Made by a program: the position numbers and the translations under genes. Shown in pieces: positions 36,795 through 44,949 of a stretch of DNA of 47,627 nucleotides (its first letter is position 1; the number at the start of each line of letters is the position of its first letter). This DNA is from a virus (Duplodnaviria; Heunggongvirae; Uroviricota; Caudoviricetes). The DNA is taken from the IMG/VR virus record IMGVR_UViG_3300029720_000461; one strand, given 5' to 3'. The notes under the pieces were generated by a model that worked only from the letters and a program-made list of their open reading frames with translations, was not told the DNA's origin and searched no databases.

Positions 36795-37121
36795 ATGAAA
36801 AAAACAAAAGATTATGAATCATTCTTTGCAATGTATAAGTCAAAAGATATTGTTTATCCAAGTGCAGTAGCAAGATATTTTGGAATAAACATAAAAGCTG
36901 CTTATGAAGTTTGTGAAAATAGACTTAATAAGGATTTAAGAAAGCTATATATGATTAAATGTCCTGTATGTAATTGTACATTACCGGATAGGTTTTATTC
37001 TATTGTTGATATAGATAGAGAAAATGAATACGGATGTAATAACTGTGATACAGTTTTTAAGATTAATCCAAATAAAGATATATATGTATATTATGAGAAA
37101 ACAAAAGGAGATTTATTATGA
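36795..37121 (+). CDS. HTH-like plus zinc-ribbon protein
   Basis: YPSAVARYFGI; CPVC..CNNC. Confidence 0.75.
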   Translation: MKKTKDYESFFAMYKSKDIVYPSAVARYFGINIKAAYEVCENRLNKDLRKLYMIKCPVCNCTLPDRFYSIVDIDRENEYGCNNCDTVFKINPNKDIYVYYEKTKGDLL

Positions 37122-37384
37122 ATAAAGAAGAAATGTGTGATTACCTTATATCTACAGGCTTATATAGGAAAAAAGGATTAGACCTTTCCTATGCAAAGGA
37201 TATGATTGATTCAGATAAAACAATACCTATAAGTGACTTAGTTAAAAGATTCATTGGCATGGATAAGTATTATAAAGGAGAACCGTGGACTATCAGACAA
37301 ATATTAGCCAATATCGACATAATTATTCCGGTAGAGGATAGAAAAGATATCGACATAATTATTCCGGTAGAGGATAGAAAATAG
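37118..37384 (+). CDS. Hypothetical protein; paralog of the 37506 N-terminus
   Basis: EMCDYLIST..KGEPW. Confidence 0.75.
   Translation: MNKEEMCDYLISTGLYRKKGLDLSYAKDMIDSDKTIPISDLVKRFIGMDKYYKGEPWTIRQILANIDIIIPVEDRKDIDIIIPVEDRK
37311..37381 (+). repeat. Perfect tandem duplication with 36-bp period
   Basis: ATATCGACATAATTATTCCGGTAGAGGATAGAAAA at 37311 and 37347. Confidence 0.95.
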
Positions 37385-37389
37385 ATTAT

Positions 37390-37426
37390 AGCACTTAGTT
37401 TAGAAATATCTACTAAGTGCTTTTTT
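37390..37426 (+). terminator. Intrinsic terminator
   Basis: AGCACTTAGT...ACTAAGTGCT plus T run. Confidence 0.8.
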
Positions 37427-37434
37427 AATAATTA

Positions 37435-37475
37435 ATCCTTTTTATAAATGTTATGTTTTTCTATTATGATACACT
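37435..37475 (+). promoter_or_regulatory. Long-spacer element promoter, copy 9
   Basis: ATCCTTTTTATA-N23-TACACT with TGn extension. Confidence 0.65.
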
Positions 37476-37505
37476 AAAAATATAAAAAGAAAGGAATAAA
37501 TTATT

Positions 37506-38045
37506 ATGAAGTCAAAAGAGATGTGCGATTATCTTATATCTACAGATTTATATAAGGAAAAAGGAATAGCCATTTCATGTGTAAAGGATATGATTGAATT
37601 TAATAAAACAATCCCTATAAAAGATTTGGTTGAAAGATTTATTGAAGTTGATAAGTTCTACAAAGGAAAACCGTGGAATATCAGGAATATATTAACTAAT
37701 ATCAGCATGATTAAACCAATAGAAGATAGAAAAGAAAAATGGGAATCTAAAGACAATGAACAGATTATTGAAAAATTGAAAAAATTACCAAATATAGGGG
37801 ATACAGTATATGGTATATTCAGACAGAAAATTATACCTTTAACAATTACCGGTATTACATTTAATGAATTTGGTATTACATTATCTGCTAAAAATGAAGA
37901 AGAACTTGGATACAGTACAATAAATTTACTAGCAGATAATACCGGTACAGAATGGTATAAAACTAGAAAAGAAGCAGAAAAGAGTGTTAAAGAAATTTCA
38001 GCAAGCCGTTTATTAAATAAAAATGGCAATGACTTAGAACGCTAA
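37506..38045 (+). CDS. Mosaic phage-type protein with ER tail
   Basis: N-half like 37118, C-half like 39549; ends NKNGNDLER. Confidence 0.8.
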   Translation: MKSKEMCDYLISTDLYKEKGIAISCVKDMIEFNKTIPIKDLVERFIEVDKFYKGKPWNIRNILTNISMIKPIEDRKEKWESKDNEQIIEKLKKLPNIGDTVYGIFRQKIIPLTITGITFNEFGITLSAKNEEELGYSTINLLADNTGTEWYKTRKEAEKSVKEISASRLLNKNGNDLER

Positions 38046-38058
38046 AAGGAGATAGATT

Positions 38059-38580
38059 ATGGAAAGATTAACAGGAAGAGATGCATATGGAGACATTGTA
38101 GCAAATGAAGAGATGCAGATAATAGCATCAAAAGGTGCTACAAATGATGACTTACATAATATTATAAATCATCTGGCAGAAAAGTTGTGTGAATATGAGG
38201 ATTTAGAAGAGCAGGGCAGAATGATTATTTTCCCATGTAACAAAGGAGATAAAATCTATGAATTTTATCACGAATGTGTAGAATGCAGATTAGAAGCCGG
38301 AGAGACACCGGAAGATATTATCAGCATGAGGAGAGTTCGTTATTTTGGGTATGATGGAGATGAAGCATACATTTACGCGTCACAAGCATTACCGGTTCGA
38401 CTTTTTAATAACGATGAGCCATTTTGTATTCCGGTAAGTGAGATAGGCAAAACAGTATTCCTCACAAAATTAGAAGCAGAAATAAGACTAAAAGAATTGA
38501 GAAATATGGAAAATAAAGAAGCAGAAGCAGCAATGAACAAATTAAAAGGTAAATATAATAAGGATATAGAAAGGGATTAG
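38059..38580 (+). CDS. YEDLEEQG family protein with tail
   Basis: EYEDLEEQGR..IGKTVFLT; ends KGKYNKDIERD. Confidence 0.82.
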   Translation: MERLTGRDAYGDIVANEEMQIIASKGATNDDLHNIINHLAEKLCEYEDLEEQGRMIIFPCNKGDKIYEFYHECVECRLEAGETPEDIISMRRVRYFGYDGDEAYIYASQALPVRLFNNDEPFCIPVSEIGKTVFLTKLEAEIRLKELRNMENKEAEAAMNKLKGKYNKDIERD

Positions 38581-38586
38581 AATATT

Positions 38587-39054
38587 ATGAATACTAATTT
38601 ACATTTTAAAAATTTTTCAGATTTTAAAACAGATGATATTGTATATGCCTGTGCATATGAATACGCAAGTAATAAAGACAATAAAATAAATTATCAGAAG
38701 CTTATTTTAGGGAAATTAACATTAGGAAACTCTCAGAAAAAAGATGAAGAAAGAAGAACAAGTGATATTACTTATCACCCATTTTTAAGCTCCGAAGAAA
38801 CTAAAGAAATACCTTCTTATTTTGTTCCATTTGGAAAGAACGGTACATTAGTCTGGTCTAAAGCCGTTACCGTTTATTCAAGACATTTCTCTTATACAGA
38901 AAAAGAAGCTATAAATTTTTTTAATGCTTCTATTCAGGAAAAAATCAATTGGCATCTTGAAGAAATAGAAAAATTAAAAGAAAATTTAATAAAGGAACAC
39001 GGACAGTCAGAAAAAGAGAAAAACATAAACAAATATGAATGTGAGAGACAGTAA
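38587..39054 (+). CDS. Hypothetical protein with tail
   Basis: Ends KNINKYECERQ. Confidence 0.78.
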   Translation: MNTNLHFKNFSDFKTDDIVYACAYEYASNKDNKINYQKLILGKLTLGNSQKKDEERRTSDITYHPFLSSEETKEIPSYFVPFGKNGTLVWSKAVTVYSRHFSYTEKEAINFFNASIQEKINWHLEEIEKLKENLIKEHGQSEKEKNINKYECERQ

Positions 39055-39105
39055 AACAATGTTCTTTTTTGAAAGAAAAGAAGTGCAAAAAGAGAGATAA
39101 TAATT

Positions 39106-39543
39106 ATGAATAGAGAGAAAATAAGGGAGAGATTAACGATTAATGCGATAATTGAGCATTGCGACAGAAAAACAAGGATGTACGAAAAAGCCTGTGATGT
39201 TAAGTATCTTGAAACAGCAGTTATGGGTAATGGAATAAAAGAATATTGGGAGCATAAACAGGTTGCTGAATATTTAAGAAAGCTAAAAGATTATGAGGAC
39301 TTAGAGGAACAGGGCAGACTTCTAAAATTGCCTTGTAAAATCGGAGATGATGTTTATTACATCTTAGGTATTCCAAATGAAACACCATGTACAATAGATA
39401 AGTGTACATTTAAGTTGTCAGATATAAACAAAATTGGCAAAACATTATTTCTTACAAGAGAAGAAGCTGAAGCAAAACTAAAAGAATTGAGAGGCATCAA
39501 CTCTGAAACTAACAGAAACGAAATTGAAGAAATAGAAAGGTAA
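39106..39543 (+). CDS. YEDLEEQG family protein with ER tail
   Basis: YEDLEEQGRLLKLPCKIGD; ends RNEIEEIER. Confidence 0.82.
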   Translation: MNREKIRERLTINAIIEHCDRKTRMYEKACDVKYLETAVMGNGIKEYWEHKQVAEYLRKLKDYEDLEEQGRLLKLPCKIGDDVYYILGIPNETPCTIDKCTFKLSDINKIGKTLFLTREEAEAKLKELRGINSETNRNEIEEIER

Positions 39544-39548
39544 TATAT

Positions 39549-39989
39549 ATGGATAGATTAACAAAAAGAGGACATAAGAAACTAGCTCTTTTAATTGGAA
39601 CATCATGCAGTTATGGTCATATGTCGTATGATTGCCAACTGGAAGAGGGAAATGAGCTACTTAAATCAGCCTTGGATAAACTTGCTATGTATGAAGACTT
39701 AGAGGAACAGGACAGGCTTCTTAAGCTACCTTGCAGATTAGGAGATACTGTATATATTTTAAATCAAAAAAGAATTATTTCTTTAGAAATTTGTGAAATT
39801 TACTTTGACAGTCATGGAATTGAAATGGCTGCTAAAAACAGAGAAGAACTTGGATATAGAACAATAAATTTAACAGAAGATGGTATTGGCGTGGAATGGT
39901 ATAAAACTGAAGAAGAAGCTAAAGCAGCAATGGACAAATTAAAAGGTAAAGATAATAAGGATATAGAAAGAGATATAGAAAGGGATTAA
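39549..39989 (+). CDS. YEDLEEQG family protein with duplicated tail
   Basis: Ends KGKDNKDIERDIERD. Confidence 0.82.
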   Translation: MDRLTKRGHKKLALLIGTSCSYGHMSYDCQLEEGNELLKSALDKLAMYEDLEEQDRLLKLPCRLGDTVYILNQKRIISLEICEIYFDSHGIEMAAKNREELGYRTINLTEDGIGVEWYKTEEEAKAAMDKLKGKDNKDIERDIERD

Positions 39990-40138
39990 TAAGTTTTTAA
40001 GATGCATTGTGTAAAATCATATATGTCACGAAAGAAGAAAAATAGGGTATGTAAAAACTGTAAATACCATGAGAAAGTGTTTTGGAATAAGCATTTACAG
40101 TGGAGATGTACTTATTAAATAAAATAGGAGAATCAATT

Positions 40139-40378
40139 ATGAAAGTTCCATATATAAAAGCTATAGATAAAGATACAGGTAAAGAAGTTCAAGGATTTTA
40201 CTTTGAGTATCCTGAAACCTCTTATTGCTTTACAGAAGATTATGAAAAGTCTCCGGTTGAAATGATACCATGTGTGGTTTTCTACACAATGACGGACTGG
40301 GGATTGCCTAATAAGCCTATGTTATGCCAGAACATTGATAAAGACAGTATTAAACTTATTAGGTATGTTGATATTTGA
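40139..40378 (+). CDS. Protein resembling the YopX N-terminus
   Basis: IKAIDKDTGKEVQGFY..DWGLP; AGGAG RBS. Confidence 0.65.
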   Translation: MKVPYIKAIDKDTGKEVQGFYFEYPETSYCFTEDYEKSPVEMIPCVVFYTMTDWGLPNKPMLCQNIDKDSIKLIRYVDI

Positions 40379-40469
40379 TGAAAGTAATTATATTGCAAAA
40401 GGCTTAAGTATGTAAATCAGAAGAAAAATATAAAGGATAAAGAAATTGAAAGAATATGAGAGGTAATAT

Positions 40470-40619
40470 ATGGATAAAATTACAACACAGGAAATAGGTG
40501 AAAAAACAGTATATAAAACTTCAGATGGTAAAATTTTTGATTGTGAAAAGGATGCTTTGACACATGAGAAATGGACAGTATTAAAGAAAAAAATGAATAA
40601 AATCAAAAGTATAAAATAA
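40470..40619 (+). CDS. Small hypothetical protein (49 aa, not in ORF track)
   Basis: GAGG RBS; YKTSDGKIF..ALTHE. Confidence 0.6.
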   Translation: MDKITTQEIGEKTVYKTSDGKIFDCEKDALTHEKWTVLKKKMNKIKSIK

Positions 40620-40854
40620 GGCTTAAGCTGCGCATACTTAAGCCCATTGTCGGAATGGCTTACTTATTCGACTTAAGCAAGCCTTCATTGATGTTACTCA
40701 TTATCTTACTGTATTTCAGGTTACTGAAATTAACAATAAGACACATCAATGATTGTGAAGTTAATTGTATGCATACATATTTCTTACCAACACAAATATG
40801 TATGTAGTACTTATTTAAAATAACATAACTAAAAGTATATGTAAATAACTTTCA
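40620..40854. ncRNA. Highly structured non-coding element (ncRNA, leader or ssDNA signal)
   Basis: Five consecutive stem-loops including perfect 8- and 10-bp stems. Confidence 0.5.
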
Positions 40855-40876
40855 AAAAATAAAGGAGAAAATTATT

Positions 40877-41557
40877 ATGAATAGAAATGGGATTAGCAGT
40901 TTAGGAGACAATGGAATATGTATACCATTAAGCACTTCATCATATGATTTTTCAGAATCCGAAAGATATGATGAACAATATAATGAAAGACAGGAGAAAC
41001 AGCCTATGGATAATACATACACATATAGAGCAAAAAGAAAAGACTGGCAGGAATGGGTTAAAAGCTGTCAGTATGTAACAGGAAATATGGTTACTCTGGG
41101 AGACAGATATTTCTTGGTAACACCGGCGTATGGGGGAGATGAACTTTATATTGATGATTTTACAGAGATTGATAAAGATACAATCGAACCGGTAATTAAA
41201 CCTGTTATTGATAAGAAGAAAGAAGTATTAACAAAAGAAGAAATATTAATAAAGGTTCATTCAGAGCTTACAAACCTTTCGGATTCTACAACTGATAAAG
41301 AACTTGCAGCCCTTTGTGATGCCTGTAATTATGATTATGATACATTATCTGAATGGAATAAAGAGTGTAAACTACAAGCTCGTGGCAGTATTATAAGTAG
41401 TAATTTTGTAAGGGCATTAGCTGAAAGCTACTATAATGATAATGCACTGATTGATTATGCTAAAAAGTATAAAGAGTTTATGAATGAACCACCTGTAAAG
41501 ACAAATAATATTAAATCAAAGATTTCTGATAGAGCAATTTCTGACAGAGAACTTTAA
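40877..41557 (+). CDS. Mosaic protein with YopX-like segment and tail
   Basis: YRAKRKD..EIDKDTI; ends KSKISDRAISDREL. Confidence 0.78.
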   Translation: MNRNGISSLGDNGICIPLSTSSYDFSESERYDEQYNERQEKQPMDNTYTYRAKRKDWQEWVKSCQYVTGNMVTLGDRYFLVTPAYGGDELYIDDFTEIDKDTIEPVIKPVIDKKKEVLTKEEILIKVHSELTNLSDSTTDKELAALCDACNYDYDTLSEWNKECKLQARGSIISSNFVRALAESYYNDNALIDYAKKYKEFMNEPPVKTNNIKSKISDRAISDREL

Positions 41558-41562
41558 ATTTT

Positions 41563-41605
41563 GAGACTGGTACTTAAATGTGATACGTTTTTGTACCAGT
41601 TTTTT
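41563..41605 (+). terminator. Intrinsic terminator
   Basis: ACTGGTAC...GTACCAGT plus T run. Confidence 0.7.
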
Positions 41606-41612
41606 ATAATTA

Positions 41613-41652
41613 GTCCTTTTTACAATGTTTTTCACCATAAAATGATTATAAT
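41613..41652 (+). promoter_or_regulatory. Long-spacer element promoter, copy 10
   Basis: GTCCTTTTTACA-N22-TATAAT. Confidence 0.65.
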
Positions 41653-41820
41653 TAAGTCAAGAAATAAAAGAAGGAGAATTATATAGTTGATGAAGTCTTA
41701 TATAAGCAAAAGCTTCAAAAAAACTGTCCTGAGTAATTAGTCAAAGATGAGCAGTTACGAAGTAGATGTAAGAAGAGAATAAACAAGTAAGAATTATTGG
41801 TTTCCTTGGGAGGTAAAAAA

Positions 41821-42105
41821 ATGAGAATAGAAGAAATCGCTTTAAGACAAGAAGCAAGACAAATGTTATGTGAAGCTGGTTTAAGTAAAGAAGAACTTAA
41901 AGAACTGGTATTAAAAGATATAGATGATAAAGTAATTCAAGCGATAGAAAGCAAAATCAAGGGTATTGATTTTGAACAAATGATTAAGGATAGAGTCGAT
42001 AAAGCTTTAACCAAAGCAGTTAATGATATTGTCCGAAAAGAAGTAGAGGGATATTTTTATAACAGAAGGCTCAACATTCGTGCAACTGCTTCATTTGAAG
42101 AATAA
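41821..42105 (+). CDS. Helical hypothetical protein flanked by 20-bp direct repeats
   Basis: GGAGG RBS before ATG 41821. Confidence 0.75.
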   Translation: MRIEEIALRQEARQMLCEAGLSKEELKELVLKDIDDKVIQAIESKIKGIDFEQMIKDRVDKALTKAVNDIVRKEVEGYFYNRRLNIRATASFEE

Positions 42106-42145
42106 ACAAGTAAGAATTTTTGATTTTTTATAAGGAGAAAAATTT

Positions 42146-42883
42146 ATGAGCATTGAATTAAAGGATGCCAGACATGAACTGGATATTTTGGAAAAGTTTG
42201 TCAATAATCCTGAATTAATTATGTCTGATTTATCAGCATATGAAGTAAGCGATTATGATTTTTTATTTAGGAATATAACTGTTAATGGTAAAACATTTCA
42301 TGCAGCCATGATGGAATATTTAAAGCAGATTGAAATATTTAATAATGATGATATATTTTTAACACCTTATTCAGATGTTAATAATGTAACGGTTAAGATT
42401 TCTTCATTTGACGAATTTCACAGTCAAAATATTATGTGCATAGATTTTATAAATCATACTTACAAGATTATTGACGATTGCATCAAATATTATAATAAAA
42501 TAATGAATGATGAACCTGAGTATGAGCCAAATGAAATACAGGGTATTTTAAAAAGATACGAAAATTATACATTTAAAAAGAGACTTGCTAATGCACGACA
42601 TTGTTTATTTAATAAGGATAAGACATGCAGTGTCAGGATATCTGATTTCTTTTTCAGCTTATTTGTGTCTAATAAATATTTAAAAAAGATACTTGATAAG
42701 GAATATAAAAGAGTTGAGAGAATAAATAAAAGTCTAAAAAAGGGCTATGATGAAGACGTTGAAAAACAGAAGCTTTATATACAGAAAGCTCCTGAGCAGA
42801 TTAGGAAAATTGAGCAGAAACAAAAAGAGATTATTAAGTATCTTTCTAAATATGGTTTTAAAGAACAGTCTGACTTAAAATAA
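42146..42883 (+). CDS. Hypothetical protein
   Basis: AAGGAG RBS; 245 aa. Confidence 0.8.
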   Translation: MSIELKDARHELDILEKFVNNPELIMSDLSAYEVSDYDFLFRNITVNGKTFHAAMMEYLKQIEIFNNDDIFLTPYSDVNNVTVKISSFDEFHSQNIMCIDFINHTYKIIDDCIKYYNKIMNDEPEYEPNEIQGILKRYENYTFKKRLANARHCLFNKDKTCSVRISDFFFSLFVSNKYLKKILDKEYKRVERINKSLKKGYDEDVEKQKLYIQKAPEQIRKIEQKQKEIIKYLSKYGFKEQSDLK

Positions 42884-42925
42884 AATGGAAATAAAAATAT
42901 TCTAAATACCTAAATAAAGTAAGTA

Positions 42926-42954
42926 TTGCATGAGATGTTTTTAATATATATAAT
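42926..42954 (+). promoter_or_regulatory. Sigma-A-type promoter
   Basis: TTGCAT-N17-TATAAT. Confidence 0.65.
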
Positions 42955-42977
42955 GGAATTAGAAAGAAGTGATAAGT

Positions 42978-43682
42978 ATGGAAGATAAAATTTTATTTCA
43001 TGGCTCAAGAGGCGGTATTAATGGAAACATTCAGCCACTTAGCAGATTTACATGTGATTTTGGTAAAGGCTTTTACATGGGTACAAACATAATGCAGGCA
43101 AAAGGAATTGTATCTAATGACTTTGACCCTTATATATATACATTAAAATTTAATTTATCTGAAATTCCGGATAATAGGATTTTAGATTTACGAAATAATG
43201 ATATGTGGATATATACTATATTAGCAAACAGAAAAAAAGTAAAAGATTTCAATGAACTTCCACTTGCTAAAAATCTCTTGGATATGTGCAATGATTATGA
43301 TGTTATTATAGGTACAATTGCTGATGATAGTATGAGTAAAGTGATGGAATATTTTAGAAATAATCTTATTACTAACAAAACACTTGAAAAATGTATTAAA
43401 ACCGTTGATTTAGGTACACAGTATGTTGCTAAAACAGAATTTGCATGTAGTAAAATTGAAATACTTGATTGCAAAGAAATAACATATGATATGGCATCTG
43501 AAGCAAAAAGAGCTGAAGAAATCAAAAGATTAGGCAGTAAACAGATTATAGATAAAATGATTGTAGAGCATAGAAATGAAGGGCTTTTTTTAGATGAAAT
43601 TATAAAACGGGAAAAATCTCTTCAAAAAAATCCAGTTAAAAGTTTCCAAAATAACAGAAAGGAAAAACATTATGAAAGATGA
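42978..43682 (+). CDS. DUF3990 family protein
   Basis: LFHGS, R..DFGKGFY, QA, YDVIIGTIADD, LGTQY. Confidence 0.85.
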   Translation: MEDKILFHGSRGGINGNIQPLSRFTCDFGKGFYMGTNIMQAKGIVSNDFDPYIYTLKFNLSEIPDNRILDLRNNDMWIYTILANRKKVKDFNELPLAKNLLDMCNDYDVIIGTIADDSMSKVMEYFRNNLITNKTLEKCIKTVDLGTQYVAKTEFACSKIEILDCKEITYDMASEAKRAEEIKRLGSKQIIDKMIVEHRNEGLFLDEIIKREKSLQKNPVKSFQNNRKEKHYER

Positions 43683-44175
43683 AAACAAGCATAATGATAT
43701 CTTTACAATGCAAAACGATATTGATTATTCCTCAGCCAGAGAAAAAGTAAATTATGAAATATGTGATACAGTTGGAAATATCTATAAAGAACTTTTAGAA
43801 AACGGATATACATTGCAAAGTATATCAGATGAGTTTCTAAAATCTGATTTTTGTAAAAGACAGTTTGATACAAATTATAGTACTTTTCAGCTTGATGATG
43901 ATACCAGTATTTACTATTTCTTAAAAGAATGTGGAAAAAATCTTATAAAAAAGGCAGAAAAGTCTTATGCTTTAGATATTGCTTACTGGATTGGATTTAT
44001 GTACCGATATATATACATCCATACAGGCATAAGCAGCAGTAAAATTTGTGACATAGTACCGTTTGATGATATGTTAAAATATATTGAACGTACAATGTAT
44101 CCATTTGAAGAATATAGTGAAGATGAAGTGTTTGAAATTATTGATAAAGATAAGAATTTTAATCAATATAAGTAG
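43672..44175 (+). CDS. Acidic partner of the DUF3990 gene (antitoxin-like)
   Basis: Overlaps upstream stop; YWIGFMYRY..TGISS motif. Confidence 0.65.
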   Translation: MKDENKHNDIFTMQNDIDYSSAREKVNYEICDTVGNIYKELLENGYTLQSISDEFLKSDFCKRQFDTNYSTFQLDDDTSIYYFLKECGKNLIKKAEKSYALDIAYWIGFMYRYIYIHTGISSSKICDIVPFDDMLKYIERTMYPFEEYSEDEVFEIIDKDKNFNQYK

Positions 44176-44196
44176 CAAAAATTAATAAATTTTTTT

Positions 44197-44239
44197 AAGA
44201 CAGTACTTCGATATCTAAAGATGCGGTACTGTCTTTTTT
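44197..44239 (+). terminator. Intrinsic terminator
   Basis: AAGACAGTAC...GTACTGTCTT plus T run. Confidence 0.8.
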
Positions 44240-44252
44240 GTTGCAATTATAT

Positions 44253-44297
44253 AAAAAGGCTTTTTTATATAAAAAGTTTTTCCTTATTATATATAAT
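44253..44297 (+). promoter_or_regulatory. Long-spacer element promoter, copy 11
   Basis: AAAAAGGCTTTTTTATA-N22-TATAAT. Confidence 0.7.
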
Positions 44298-44389
44298 ATG
44301 ATTACAGGATGCAGTTATTAAAGCAGCTTATCAATGCCTTGCATAAGTTCTAAATACGGGTTTAAAGAGAAAATAGAAGGAGACCAGCT

Positions 44390-44656
44390 ATGAAAATGAA
44401 GAAAACAGATTCAAGGATTAAAGAAATACAAAATGCTTTTAAAAATTTTTCACTTAAGCTTATTTGTATAGATATAATAACAGTATTTTTAACTTTTGTA
44501 TCTATGAAAACAGGTCATATGTCGCTTTATAAGATATGTTTTCTTATTTCAGTAACGGCATGTGTTTACACTATTATGTTTATTACACTTTCCTGTGTTT
44601 GGTTTATTAAGCAAAGAAGAAAGCATGAAAATAAGGAAAATAATATAAAGGAGTAA
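44390..44656 (+). CDS. Small 2-TM protein
   Basis: AAGGAG RBS. Confidence 0.72.
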   Translation: MKMKKTDSRIKEIQNAFKNFSLKLICIDIITVFLTFVSMKTGHMSLYKICFLISVTACVYTIMFITLSCVWFIKQRRKHENKENNIKE

Positions 44657-44661
44657 CACTT

Positions 44662-44922
44662 ATGAAGACACTTAATGTAATAAATGAACTTATAGAAAAA
44701 GCAGAATCAGAAAATGAAAGACGCATATTAGATACAATAAAAAATACCTTAATAGAAGAAGTTAAGGAAGCCTCTAAGAAAATGGATGCTTGCAGCTGGT
44801 GGACTGGGGCTACATATGATGATGACGGATACTCGAATGATGATAATGAAGAAGTTGTAGATGCATACAGGGCTGTTAATATTATTGAGAGTATTATTTA
44901 TGATAATTGTGATGAAGAATAA
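44662..44922 (+). CDS. Acidic hypothetical protein
   Basis: AAGGAG RBS. Confidence 0.72.
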   Translation: MKTLNVINELIEKAESENERRILDTIKNTLIEEVKEASKKMDACSWWTGATYDDDGYSNDDNEEVVDAYRAVNIIESIIYDNCDEE

Positions 44923-44949
44923 TTTTATCAAATACAATGAGGTATATAT

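Noticed and set aside
3989..43682. ER tails as a pure artefact of overlap with the next RBS (GAAAGG/GAGAGG)
   Set aside because: Explains some cases (4447, 25849, 26013, 36789, 39543) but not those with CGN codons or with no closely following start. The NYGR end at 25380 was excluded for this reason.
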